DNA of 64,000 nt from assembly GCF_001194135.2 (NCBI RefSeq), contig NC_069003.1, forward strand, positions 22,413,707 to 22,477,706. The letters are read 5' to 3'. The notes below the pieces were generated by a model that worked only from the letters and a program-made list of their open reading frames with translations, did not search any database and was not told the origin of the DNA. Positions within the stretch are counted from its first letter, which is position 1. The number at the start of each line of letters is the position of its first letter. Source of the stretch: Octopus bimaculoides. Taxonomy: Eukaryota. This document shows positions 1 to 12,800 of this stretch, piece after piece. Position numbers and translations under genes: made by a program.

Positions 1-39
<39 letters not shown>

Positions 40-41
<2 letters not shown>

Positions 42-466
42 CAAATTCTGCTGTGGTCAGTTTTGCCTTTCATTCTTTTGGGGTTGATAAAATAAGTACC
101 AGTTGAACACTGGGGTAGATATAATCAATTTACTCCCTCACCCAAACTTCCTGGCCTTGTGTCAAAATGTGAAACCACTATTATGCTGCAGTAAGGTGAC
201 GAGCTGGCAGAATTGCTAGGGTGTCAGGAAAAATGATTCACAGCATCTCTTCTGACTTTATGTTCTGAGTTCAAATGTCACTGAGGTCAACTTTACCTTT
301 TATCATTTTGGGGTTGATAAAAATAAGTACCAGTTGAGAACCTGGTACTTAACTAGTACTTACTATATTGATCCTGAATAGATGAATAAAACTCAGAATG
401 TTAAAATGGACAAAATGCCATGAAGCATTTTGCCTGGTATGCTAACGACTCAGTCAGCTCACTGCC

Positions 467-505
<39 letters not shown>

Positions 506-635
506 GTTTCAAATTTTGGATTGAGGCCAGCAGTTTGGTGTAAGGGGGTAAGTTGATTACATTGACCCCAATGCTCAGCTAGTTCCTAATTTTATTGACC
601 CAGAAAGGATGAAAGGCAATGTCAACCCTGGTGGC
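40..635. mobile_element. Cluster of tRNA-derived SINE family A fragments (+ at 40-340, - at 342-635)
   Basis: Diagnostic blocks gagctggcagaa, gagttcaaat, gcctttcatcctttt, aaataagtaccagttg, ggccttgtgccaaaat. Confidence 0.75.
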
Positions 636-779
636 ATGTGTGTGTGTGTGCACGCATGTATGTATGAGTGTGTGAGCGCACGTGTGTGTGGACACACAGA
701 TGCATGTGTGTGTGTAAAGGAATGAGAATGTATAAATGAACTGAAAAAAATATTGTGTGTAAAAGTAATCAGATGTAAT

Positions 780-950
780 GTGCTGGTATGTGATGTGAAT
801 GATGGCTGCATAAGCAAATGCTGAGTGCTCAAAATAAATGTCAGATATGGAAGAGGGAGATCAAGGAAGACTTGGGAAAAATTATCACAATAGATGACTT
901 AAGATTGATGAAGGATATTGACTGATGATATACTGTGCTGCACAAGACCT
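780..950 (+). mobile_element. RTE-clade LINE, ORF C-terminal fragment
   Basis: Translates ...GRGRSRKTWEK..., like the GRPRKTW motif at 38610 and 59050. Confidence 0.55.
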
Positions 951-1112
951 GACCTCCAATGCAAGCTTACTACCCGCATTCATTTCTTTGGTATGACTAT
1001 TCTGTACCTTTTGGGCATGTGTTCCCATGCATCTCCACACCTGTTGGCTATTCCATACTCTTTCATCCAATGACCAGCTATTCTCCTAATTAGGTATTGA
1101 TTCTGTACTGAG

Positions 1113-1720
1113 AGGTAATATTTATCTCCACTTAAATGTGTATGCTCTATTAGAACAAGCTATACTCCAGTAGTTATCATGTGAGAAACCTCATAAAGGC
1201 TTTTGGTGCAAAATGCAAGCTTGCTTGTGTTGCTAGCAGGGACATAAATCCATCTCCACCTCCAGTGCTGCGACCACCAGATCACAGGATTTCAACCTTG
1301 TTTGATGTTGTCAGTGATGGACGCCCAACCACTAGAGATAGCAGCAATTCATCTTACCAGCGGTATATAGAATAACAGTGCCAGAACAGGTGCTGGTGTC
1401 ACAATTAGCCAGTGAGCTTATAAAAAAATATTAATTAGCATAAGAGGTTGTATTAATACCAAGATGTAATATTTATCCTTACTTAAATGTGGATGTTCTA
1501 TTAGAACAAGCTATACTGCAATAGTTATCAAGAGAGAAACTCTCATATTGGCTTTTGGTGCAAAATGCAGTGTGGTTTATATCGCTTGCAGGGAGATAAA
1601 TCCCTATTACCTCCAGTGCTGAGACCACCAGATCATATAATTTTGACCTTGTTTGATCTTGTCAATGGTGAACACTCTATTGCTAGAGACAGTAGCAATT
1701 CATCCCCCACTCAACCAGTG
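1113..1720 (+). repeat. Tandem pair (~355-bp offset) of an unclassified dispersed repeat
   Basis: Both copies share acttaaatgt..tagaacaagctatact..ggcttttggtgcaaaatgca..cctccagtgctg.gaccaccagatca..tagaga.ag.agcaattcatc; related - strand copies at 43440-43520 and 43840-44060. Confidence 0.75.
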
Positions 1721-1749
1721 ATATATAGGTTGACTCTTTCATTGCTTCC

Positions 1750-2840
1750 ATTCACTGTATCATGACACCCCTAACTGAAAGGAAAGCACTTGATTTATGT
1801 GCATAGTGAATACCTTCTTTCCTCACACCTCTGTCACCCCCGTGTCCTGTTACCTCTCCTTCCTCCCAAATGTTGAGCAGGGACAGATTAAAAGCTGGCA
1901 CCCTTTATTTGCCCTCCCTGACTGTTCTGTCACCATACTGTCTTGGATATGTTACTTTGAGAAAATATATCCTGGTCTCTCAACATGATTTTATCTCTCT
2001 CTCTCTTCTCTACCCACCCATATATAATGTAGGGTAGCACTGCATATTCTCCTACTCAAACCTCTCATCCTCCCTCTTCACTGCTTTTACCACTCTGACT
2101 CTCTCTCCCTCACTAGTCCCTGATACTACCTTTCCATTCTCCTCCCATCAGCCAATTCCATTTTACATATCTTTCTTTTATGCACCACTTTAACCAACCA
2201 TGTATAACAAACAAAGGCTAACACCCCCTCCTACTCAACTCTATCCACTGTCTTATCATTCTTTAACTCTCTCTCACTAAACCCCTGATGCTACTTTTCA
2301 CTTCCCTCCCATTGTACCCTTTCCTAACAGTGTCCTTATCTATTCTCAATAATAAACCCGTTTGTTTAACTCCAACCCATGTTAACATGGCAGAAGGGCT
2401 GACCCATCCCATTGCTGGATTCACCAACTCAATCTACCCCATAGCCATTACCATCTCATCCCTTCTCCCTCTCCTTCATACTAAGCTCTGACGTTATTTT
2501 CACCCTCCCCTCCTTTGTTACTCACACAACCCACCTCATTACTACCCAGTACTACCCACCCCTGTCCTAACACTGTTCTCTCTGTTACTCTCCCTTTATC
2601 ATCTCTCACAATAAATCTGTTCCTTTCCCTCATGGAATACTCTTTTTTCCACTTTGCAAGCTGCAAGGCAACCCCATCAATGCTGGTGCTACATAAAACA
2701 TCCAGTACACTCATTAAAGTGGTCAGTGTTAGGAAGGACATCCAACCATAAAAACTATGTCACAATAACCAAACATTGAAAGACATGACCTTCCAACCTA
2801 TTGCATCTTGTTGGACTGTCCAACCTTTGCTAGCATATAT
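1750..2840 (+). mobile_element. Degenerate RTE 3' UTR (C/T-rich segment then terminal module)
   Basis: C/T-rich tract followed by gtgttaggaaggacatccaacc...tccaacctttgctagcat; same order as 58320-59040 on the - strand. Confidence 0.45.
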
Positions 2841-2844
2841 ATAA

Positions 2845-3716
2845 CAGTGTGTTGTGAATATATTGTCATCTAAATTATGCAAAAATGAAAGTAACGCTGG
2901 TATCTCATTTTAACAGATATATTTACCTAAATTACATAAAAATATCTTGAAATACTAAAGAGTAAATTTATTCAATAAAATTGCCATTGGCTTCAACCAC
3001 AGCCTCCAGGTGACTTTGGAATCACCTGCAATCTTCTGGATGATCTCCTTGTTTAAGTTGGTGAATGCTGCCATAATCCTTGCCTTCAATTCATCTTTGG
3101 TGTTACAAGGAGTTTTGTTGGTCTCTCACTCAACTGCGCCCCATACATAATAATCAAGGGGGTTGCAGTCTGGGGAGTTAGGTGGCCAGATGTTAGTGGT
3201 GATGTGGTCACAGAAATTGTCTGACAGCCATGATTGGGTCCTCCTGCTTGTGTGGCATAGTGCAGAGTCTTGTTGCCAGACATAGGGTCATCCAGCAGCC
3301 ATCCTCTTGACCCAGGGCAGCACTACCTCCTCCAGGCACTTGATGTAGGCCTCTGTGTTGAAACTGAGGCCATGTAGGAAGATGAATGGAGGTATAACAT
3401 CACCATCACTAGTGATCATTCCAAACACCATGATATTGACTGGATGTTTGATTTTTATCACTACCAGTACATGTCCTCAGATTGACACACAAACACTCTG
3501 AAATGTTTGTATTGGAGCATCAAGTATGAATGCCAAGCAGTACAGCATGTTATTTTAAAATTTTTGGCAGAGTGAATTGCGTCATGGTACTGTTTTTCTC
3601 AAAGATGGTGCCCAATTGACCCTACTATACTGTGTAGGCGACAAAATCAAAAACAAACAATGCACATGCGTGAAATTAAAAATATAAAATGGTGACAATT
3701 TACCCATTGCACCCTG
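2845..3716 (-). mobile_element. Tc1/mariner DD37D (maT-type) transposon, internally deleted, inactive
   Basis: - strand: VMVFG-like IMVFG, YVWQQDSALCH...WPPNSPDCNPLDYYVWG with 37 residues between the 2nd and 3rd Asp; two in-frame TGA; right end caccctg|TA; degenerate left TIR at 2845. Confidence 0.85.
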
Positions 3717-3719
3717 TAT

Positions 3720-3910
3720 ATCATCATCATCATCATCATCATCAACATTTAACATCCGTTTTCTATGCTGGCATGGGTTGGATAGTTTGAGAGGAGCTGG
3801 CAACGACAGGAGATACACTAGGTTCCATCGTCTGTTTTTGTTTGGTTTCTACAGCAGGGTGCCCTTCCTAATGCCAACCACTTTACAGAGTATACTGGGT
3901 GATTTTACAT
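3720..3910 (-). mobile_element. RTE 3' terminal module with (GAT)n tail
   Basis: (cat)n-tttaacatcc..catgggttgga..gcccttcctaatgccaacc; further - copies at ~8772, 10790, 12088, 12626, 49230, 53290; + copies at ~9930, 37140, 41220, 49730, 58213. Confidence 0.75.
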
Positions 3911-3989
3911 GGCCCCAGATCTTAATTCTGTTGTGGTGGGCAAGTCTACATATATGTATATCTGTTTACACACACACACACACACACAC

Positions 3990-4300
3990 AAGGGTCGGCT
4001 GAAAAGTTAGTTCACTGTCAGGTCCCAATACTTCAGGGTTTTCTTCTGTTCGGCTGCAGCATCCAGGCTGTGGGAGGGAGCAAAGGAGTTGCAGACTGTG
4101 GCAGCCCAGATGAGGCACCGACCTCTAACCGCGAGACAGAGGGTAAGACCATCTGGTCTCTTTTCATCACATGGTTTCATAGCACTTCCAGAGTGTGTTC
4201 CAGTTTTAAATCATGCTCTATGATCAAGCTTCTTGTCAAAGGAAATTTGAAAAAAATTGATATTTTTTCCTGAAGTGACTTTGCAAGTAATTTTGTAGTT
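3990..4300 (+). mobile_element. Possible mariner remnant
   Basis: Starts agggtcggctgaaaagtt (mariner-like TIR); HAMIKLLVK-like remnant near 4212. Confidence 0.35.
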
Positions 4301-4309
4301 GAATGAATT

Positions 4310-4640
4310 GATCTCAGTACATTTAAAAAAATTTTATTTAAAGCCTGGTACTTATTCTATCAGCCTCTTTTGCGGAACTGCAAAGTTACGGGGACGTAAC
4401 TGCACCAGCACTGGCTGTCAAGCAGTGGTCGGGGTGGGGAACACACACACACATGCACACACACACATACACATATATATACGACAGGCTTCTTTTAGTT
4501 TCTACCAAATCCACTCATAAGGCTTTCGTCAAACTATAGTAAAAAAAAACAGTTACGTAAGGTGCCACGTAGTGGGACTGAACCTGAAACCATGTAGTTG
4601 GGAAGCAAAATTTTTACCGCACAACCATGCCTGCATCTGT
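4310..4640 (-). mobile_element. tRNA-derived SINE family B (CORE-like ccttgggcaagtgtctt block, internal microsatellite)
   Basis: Reverse complement of the copies at 17267-17650, 39440-39830 and 55315-55690. Confidence 0.75.
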
Positions 4641-5704
4641 GTTTAAATAAAATGCTGAAGTGAATTAAAATGGATTTTAAACTCCATCCCAACAAATTTT
4701 CGAAACTGCTGGCCTTGTGCCAAAATCTGAAACTCAAATAAATACGAAACGATCAGTGTAGGGTGGGGGGAACAAAGAAAAGTTAACGAAATGGTGGAAA
4801 TTTGACGAGATTTGGCTAGGGACGAGGGTCAACGTCGTGACATCTGGTGATGATATCTTAGACAAAGCTGAGATAACTCTTGCTTGCCATAGCCAACCAG
4901 TTCTGTCTGTGTGTCGTGTTTCATTCATCATATGCATTTGATGCACACACAGTCAGGTACACACAACATAAAATAGATAAATATATCTATATCTCTATAT
5001 ACACACATGCACCAATATTTCCATGATGACGCTTTCTCGAAGGTTAGTTTAATATATACATATATATATATATTTCCATAGTGATATCTTTGTTGAATGT
5101 CACCGTGTAATGTAATCCTACCTCATGTTTACCCCGCCGATACTGGTCACCTCCGTTATTAAGACCAGACGAACGATCCCCTCTTATATCGTTCTTCTTA
5201 CTTTATAATTTGTTTTGTAACTCACTTGACTTCCTTTACTGTCACTAAACAACTATCTAAGTCAGCGGACATAAGACATATACTTCTTTAATGTATATTT
5301 AATTCACAAGACAAGCTTCCTTAATCAAATCACGATAGATGTAGTAGTGTTCTTTGTTTTGTTTTATATATATATATATATATATGCACACACACATATA
5401 CTCACACACAGCTACCTGTGTATATATACATCCTTATATGTAAATAATACATATACATCTATCTATTGTGCTTCAGAAATATATGCGAACCCTATGTAGT
5501 GATCACAGATTGAACCAGCACAAATAACTTTTTTGTTTTTGTTTTGTTGTTGATGGTTTTGTTTTAGATCGAAGAGTCCAGTCAATTTCCTTATCACCCC
5601 CCTCTTTTGTCCTGCTTAAAAGAAATTGAAACTTGCCAGTGATTGGGAAATCCTCTCCTGCCTTTCCCACCAAAATTGTGGCGTATGTTTGAGTGTGTGT
5701 AGAA

Positions 5705-5744
<40 letters not shown>

Positions 5745-5775
5745 ATGTGTATATATATACATATATATATGTGTG

Positions 5776-5824
<49 letters not shown>

Positions 5825-5920
5825 GTATGTGTATATATACATATATGTATGTATATATGTGTATATATACATATATGTATGTATATGTGTATATATACAT
5901 ATATGTATGTATATGTGTAT

Positions 5921-7783
5921 NNNNNNNNNNNNNNNNNNNNNNNNNNNNNNNNNNNNNNNNNNNNNNNNNNNNNNNNNNNNNNNNNNNNNNNNNNNNNNNN
6001 NNNNNNNNNNNNNNNNNNNNNNNNNNNNNNNNNNNNNNNNNNNNNNNNNNNNNNNNNNNNNNNNNNNNNNNNNNNNNNNNNNNNNNNNNNNNNNNNNNNN
6101 NNNNNNNNNNNNNNNNNNNNNNNNNNNNNNNNNNNNNNNNNNNNNNNNNNNNNNNNNNNNNNNNNNNNNNNNNNNNNNNNNNNNNNNNNNNNNNNNNNNN
6201 NNNNNNNNNNNNNNNNNNNNNNNNNNNNNNNNNNNNNNNNNNNNNNNNNNNNNNNNNNNNNNNNNNNNNNNNNNNNNNNNNNNNNNNNNNNNNNNNNNNN
6301 NNNNNNNNNNTATGTGTGTGTATGCCAGCTGCTAGGGAAAAATGGTAAGAAATCAACTTGAACCCGAGAACAAGGAGTAAACATGGGTCTGAGTTTGCTG
6401 GGGTTATTATTATTTGTTTAGAAGACATTTTCGTTCAATATATTGCTGTACAATAGACATACTGTTTATATATGTATGTATATGTGTGCGGTGTTGAGTA
6501 AATGTGTCGTTGAATAAGATATACTAATTCGCACATCCATATTATAAATCTAGTTAATTATATATATATATATAGATATATATATACATACATGCACATA
6601 TAGACGGTAATGTTTTTATGTAGTAAAGGGGCCATAAAGTGGGGGTTCAGTTTATTACTTCCGTATATCGTACAACCCATCCCCGATTATTTGTCTGGAT
6701 ATTCACATGCTGTCCTTTACACGCACATGTACAGGCGAACCCACACACAGTATATATATCTCTCTATATAATTGTATATTTAATTTTACCACTTTTATAT
6801 ATGTAATATGGTCTGTGTATATATGTTCACTTTTTTTCGTCACGTGAGCTCTGTTTCCTCTTTGTTATTTATATAATGTAATGGTAAAAGTGTTTAGATA
6901 CGTAAATAATATATTTCTCCCCCCCCCCTCGAAATTATCTGCTCCTGTTATGAGAAGGTTAAAATTAACCATGTAAATAAAGATGTCTGTATGCATATGT
7001 ACAAGTAGATGTATATAGCCTTTTCCTCGCCTGTTTTATTCCTTATATAATGTATATTTGTCATCAGAGATTTATTATATATATATATTATATATATATA
7101 TAATGCGTATATGAGTGAGATTTGGTAGATTCGTTGATTTCAAAACTAAACCTTCGTTCCGTCCCCACTGAGTGTTTTGACGTTTTTCATGGCGATATAT
7201 GTATATGCCATCAGGGGGCACCTCGCACACACACACACACACACATCCCCTCCCCGCAATTATATATGTTTGTGGGAAACGACACGGGGTAGATTGGGGG
7301 ACCCTGCTTCTAAATTCAGAACCTNNNNNNNNNNNNNNNNNNNNNNNNNNNNNNNNNNNNNNNNNNNNNNNNNNNNNNNNNNNNNNNNNNNNNNNNNNNN
7401 NNNNNNNNNNNNNNNNNNNNNNNNNNNNNNNNNNNNNNNNNNNNNNNNNNNNNNNNNNNNNNNNNNNNNNNNNNNNNNNNNNNNNNNNNNNNNNNNNNNN
7501 NNNNNNNNNNNNNNNNNNNNNNNNNNNNNNNNNNNNNNNNNNNNNNNNNNNNNNNNNNNNNNNNNNNNNNNNNNNNNNNNNNNNNNNNNNNNNNNNNNNN
7601 NNNNNNNNNNNNNNNNNNNNNNNNNNNNNNNNNNNNNNNNNNNNNNNNNNNNNNNNNNNNNNNNNNNNNNNNNNNNNNNNNNNNNNNNNNNNNNNNNNNN
7701 NNNNNNNNNNNNNNNNNNNNNNNNNNNNNNNNNNNNNNNNNNNNNNNNNNNNNNNNNNNNNNNNNNNNNNNNNNNNNNNNNNN
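5921..7783. other. Assembly gaps 5921-6310 and 7325-7783 (others ~12986, 23663-23790, 28448, 30123-30504, 37740, 48430)
   Basis: Runs of N, mostly flanked by (TA)n/(TG)n microsatellites. Confidence 0.99.
6342..6344 (+). other. Candidate CWC22 initiator ATG at the end of an upstream exon
   Basis: gggaaaaATG|GTAAGA; phase-0 join to 19270 would give MGDSVKKDSRKRY; no other support. Confidence 0.25.
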
Positions 7784-7884
7784 AAGAATTAATATACTAA
7801 ATATATATATATATATTTAGTATATTAATTCTTTTAATTCTGCACACTGACCAATCACCTTGATCGATCTTAAATACTTGTTGC

Positions 7885-8100
7885 TAAGGCGGCGAGCTGG
7901 CAGAATCGTTAAGCACGCCGGGCAAAATGCATAGCGCATTTCGTCCGTCTTTACGTTCTGCGTTCAAATTCCACCGAGGTCGACATTGCCATCCATACTT
8001 TCGACGTCGATAAAAATAAGTACCAGTTGAATACTGAGCCGATGTAATCGACTTACCCCCTCTGCCGAAATTGCTGACCTTTTCCAAAAATTTGAAATCA
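7885..8100 (+). mobile_element. SINE family A, full length
   Basis: aaggcggcgagctggcagaatcgtt (A-box-like), gttcaaattcc (B-box-like), 3' aaaatttgaaa. Confidence 0.8.
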
Positions 8101-10754
8101 ATATTTGTTGTTGCTAATCCCCAGTTCCAGTTGTGATGAGCTCGTGTTTTTTCAAGCATAATCTATCGAGGAGATTTGGCTGCTATTTCTTGTAGTGTTA
8201 AGGATCATGTAGAAAGAAAAGTATTTAGTCTGTTCACTGATTTGATGAGAATTAGGCTCTATCGTATTGATCCAGATCAAAGAACGACAGCCAACTGTCT
8301 TGAGACCAAGACTTGACAAAAGGAAATTTATATGGTCTTGTGTGTGATATAATGAGATGAAAAACCTTCAACTTACTGAGATTATCCATGTATTTAATAA
8401 ATAAAATCCATCTCTATGGTGTTTAAGATGTAATAACAGGCAAGAGAGGTAACAATTAATTGAAACTTTTGGAAAATATAGAAAAAGCAGCTTGTCAATG
8501 ACTGGTTTTAGGTGACGAATTGGCAAAGGCAAAACGTGTTCCAGTTTTATTACATCTCTTCAGTGAAGTATATTGTACAAGGCTGAGTGCGATAAATATA
8601 TGTGTGTGTGTGTAGGCATGGCTATGGTTAAGAAGTTGGCTTTGGAACCTCACAGCTGTTCAGTGCCACTGTGTAGAGGCTGTCGGTTGGCATCTTCTAT
8701 TTTAACTGAGTCAACCAATATCTTGAGTGTGAAATAGCTAGAGGAAACAGAAGTCTGTCCTGTGTGTGTGTCATCATCATCGTTTAGCATCCACCTTCCA
8801 TGCTAGCATGGGTGGGACGGTTTGAAAAGAGCCGACCAGGCAGAAACCTGCACCTAACTTCTGTGACTGATTTGGCAGGATTTTTACAGCTGGATACCCT
8901 TCCTAATACCAATCATTCAGCTGAGTGGACTTAGTGCTTTTTATGTGGCACAAGTGCAGGTGAGGTCAGTTTTGGCAAGGTTTTTACAGCTGGATGCCCT
9001 TCCAAATGCCAACCACTTTACAGTATGGACTGGGTGCTTTTAAGTGACAGGGTCACCAAGTACTTGTGAGACAAAAAAAAATGCATCATATAGGAGAAGA
9101 TGGGTCACAGTGCATCCAGCTGTGGCTAAACAGGCCAATGCATGCTCAGGTCAGGCACTGGTGATCTGGGAATGAAGGCAAGGAGTTGGCTGTGCATTTG
9201 TGCAGCTCATGTTTTCTTTGTGTTCATAGGTGGCACCTTTGTTGGTGCAGCTATGTCAGGTAGGGTGGTCCTTACTTGTGTGTGTGTGTTCATATTTCCC
9301 TTCATCTTCATGTATATTCGCTGATTGTAGACAAGAGACATATTCAAATGCTGTCGTTTGTTCTCCACATAACCATATCTGGGCTGTTTGGTAGAGTGGA
9401 AGATCATTTACCTTATGATTCAAATGCACAAGAAACAAAAGACAGACAAATGAGGGAACAACAAACAAGGTGTATTAGTTTGACACTAGAAAAATGGTGA
9501 AGACTGAACCCAGAACCATGTGGCTGGGAAGCAAGCTTCTTACCACACACACAAGCATACATAGGTGTGAGTGTGGATGTGTGATAAGTTCCTTTATTAA
9601 GTACATGGTTTTCCAGTCCAGTCACACAGCATGGCACTTTGGGAGGACTAGCTATGAAGTGTAATTTTGGTATCCTGGCTTATTTTCTAGTAACACACAA
9701 ACACATGCATACACTGTTAAACAACAGGGAAATATGATGTGCCAGGTTTTTTTGTGACATGTTTTTGTAACATGTTACACACGTGTTGCAAGAAATCAAC
9801 TTCTGATTTGGGTTTGTGCATGTGTGTACTTTATGATTTTGAACAGAGAATGAGATCATTTTATTGAACCTCTTTAATGTTATGTTAGTAGCGTGAAAAA
9901 GTGCCCAGTAAATTCTGTGAAGTGGTTGGTAAGAGGAAGGACATCCAGCTGTAAAAACCAAGCTGAATGAAGTATCCGAGCATCAGTCTATGGAAGCAGC
10001 AGCTTTTAGGAGATGAACTGTGGTGATCCATCCAATCTATGCCAGCATGGCAAGTAGACATAGGGACATTTGTGTATGTAAGTGCAGTTGTATGTCAGTG
10101 TGTAATCACGTGAGGTGTGTGTGTATATATATATGATGATTGCAAACTCGTGTTTGAGTATTGCTATTGCCTGATCGAAAGTCCCACACATGCAAAGACT
10201 ATGACCGGCCATTTTTGTGATAGGTCTTACTTTTTTTCATATGATGCCTGTGCGTGATGATTTTCTTGTAGTGGGGAAAGGATTTGCACAAATCCAGTCC
10301 CACTCTCTGAACATGGACAACATAAACTCGAAAAGAAAAACTAGTCTACATCATCAAATATTGTCAGTGCTGCAGGCTTTCTATTAGAGTTTCCCTCTCC
10401 TAGAGAGATGTTGTGACAACAACAGAGGGGCTTCCTGCTCCGAGTGGGCCAACCTCATACCTGGACACCAACCCAGGTATTCCCACATCTCTGCACATAC
10501 ATACATACATGCATACATACATACATACATGCATGCATACATACATATGTACATATATTGCTGGATGGACATTGGCTGCTCATGAGCTCTTCTGTCTTTT
10601 GACAGGTCTTATTTTTCATCCTGCAGGGTATCCAACAATCACCCTCCTCACCAAACAAGCTTGATGGGATTGCCAGTTTAGTTGCTGACGACTTGGCCAT
10701 GCAACAGGTTGTACTGGGCTACATGTTATTAGTAGTGCCCAAGAGTAACCTCAT

Positions 10755-10788
<34 letters not shown>

Positions 10789-10789
10789 C

Positions 10790-11210
10790 ATCATCATCAT
10801 TTAACGTCCATTTTCCATGCTGGCATGGGTTAGATGGTTTGACTGGGGACTGGCAATCCAAGAGGCTGCATGAGGCTCCAATTCTGATCTGGCAAGGTTT
10901 CTACAGCTAGATGCCCTTCCTAATGTCAACCACTCCGAGAGTGTAGTGGGTGGTTTTTACATGCCACCGGCACGGCAGCCAGTCAGGCAGCATTGGCATT
11001 GGCCACGTTGAGTAGGTGCTTTTTACATGCTACCAGCACAGGAGCCAGTGGGGGGGGAGCTGGCATCAACCACGTTGTGATGGTGCTTTTTACATGCCAT
11101 CGGCACGGGAAGCCAGTCAGGCAGCACTGGCATCAACCCACCCATGAATGGTGCTTATTGCGTGCCACCAGCATGGGAGCCAGTCAGGCGGCACTGGCAT
11201 TGGCCACAAC
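10790..11210 (-). mobile_element. RTE tail module with ~4 tandem ~60-bp subunits
   Basis: Repeated tttacatgccaccggcacgg..gccagtcaggc.gcactggcat. Confidence 0.7.
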
Positions 11211-12521
11211 TACAATTTCCATTTTGATTTTATTGAAATTCTGATTTTGATTTTACTTCACTCGAGCATGGTGTGTCGCCTGATAATTCAAGGGTACTTT
11301 TTAAATGGGCTGGTTATGCAACAAACAAACTTTGGAAGTGAACAAACCCGTTGGTATTTCACAGACAAGAAAGTAAATTTTGGATGTGATATAGCTGCGA
11401 AACAGCCAAGAAAGACTGATTTTTTTTTTCCTGTTTTCTAAGGGTAAATACCCAATCTTTCTTGGCAATTTGCAGTTACATTTCATTTGAAATTTACATT
11501 CTTGTCTGTAAACACACACATAATAAAAATATTGTATATATGTGTGTATTGCTCCTGTGAATGTGCATTTACATTTGTTAGTGCATAGATATACAAGTCT
11601 ATGTGTGTTGCTTCTGTTAGGGTATGGATGTATCAGCAGCAAGCTATCGAGTCATGAAAGCATTGAAGAAAATGCTTTTCAGAAATTTGTTCTGGCTCTC
11701 TATGCTCAGAGTTCAACCTCTGCCGAGGTCAACTTCACCTTTTGGTATCAATAGAAAAAGATCACCACCTGGCCCTTCAATACTTTTAGTGGGTTTCACT
11801 CTCTTATAAGTATTCAGAACAAATCTCCTGTTTGTAAATAATTTCCTTTCTTCCTCTCACCAATCTCGGGGATTCTGAAAAACAAAGAGTCACAGCTTCT
11901 GCTCTTTTCTCTTTGACTAAGTAGTAAAAAAAAAATGTATGTATGCCCTACATACACATTTGTGTCTATACATAGGTGTGTATGAGCATAGTTGGTAGAT
12001 AAATATGTATTTTTTAGTATGTTGATGTATATGTATGCCTGCATGTACATTTGTGTATATACATTATTGTGTGTGTGTATATATATGTCATCATCATCGT
12101 TTAACGTCCGCTTTCCATGCTAGCATGGGTTGGATGATTTGACTGAGGACTGGTGAACCGGATGGCTTCACCAGGCTCCAATCTGATTTGGCAGAGTTTC
12201 TACAGCTGGATGCCCTTCCTAACGCCAACCACTCAGAGAGTATACACATATATACACACAAGACATCATGATGAAGAATGGAGAATTATATATCTTCAGA
12301 ATTTGTTTATTGAAGTATTGTTTTCATATGCCATTCTGACAGGTTTCTGCTGGATAAGTGTCCTAGTGTCCTTTGATGTAGTAGTGATGTGCATTTAGTT
12401 GATTTATATTAAATCAAGTGTAGTACACATTCACTTGAAAGATGCAGCTTTATTCACTGTGTTACTCAGATGGGTGAGTGAAGTGAACAGTTCGTTTTAC
12501 GCACCTGTATGAATAGCACCT

Positions 12522-12562
<41 letters not shown>

Positions 12563-12800
12563 ACATACACATGTGTGTACGTTGTTGTATAAGTATGTAT
12601 GCCTGCGTATATATTTGTATGTGTATCATCATTTAATGTCTGTTGTCCAACTGCCATTGGTTGGATGGTTTGAAAGAAGCTGCCAGGCGCCATGTCTGTT
12701 TTGGCATGGTTTCTAAGGCTAGATGCCCTTCCTTAAAGCTAACCACTTTACAGAGTATCTTGTATGCTTTCTGTGTGAACCAACACCAATGTTTTTTTAC

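Noticed and set aside
5503-7800. Long ORFs such as 5503-6384, 5626-6348, 7177-7800 (also 23531, 28352, 30005)
   Set aside because: They run through N gaps and (TA)n/(TG)n microsatellites, giving YI/CV/HT repeats.
8132-8260. C/D snoRNA (GTGATGA at ~8132)
   Set aside because: No D box with terminal stem at a suitable distance; downstream gagatttggctgctatttct is a dispersed repeat block.
9142-9500. Short ORFs on both strands as an upstream exon or separate gene
   Set aside because: No recognisable domain, codon pattern or consistent splice sites; likely decayed repeat.
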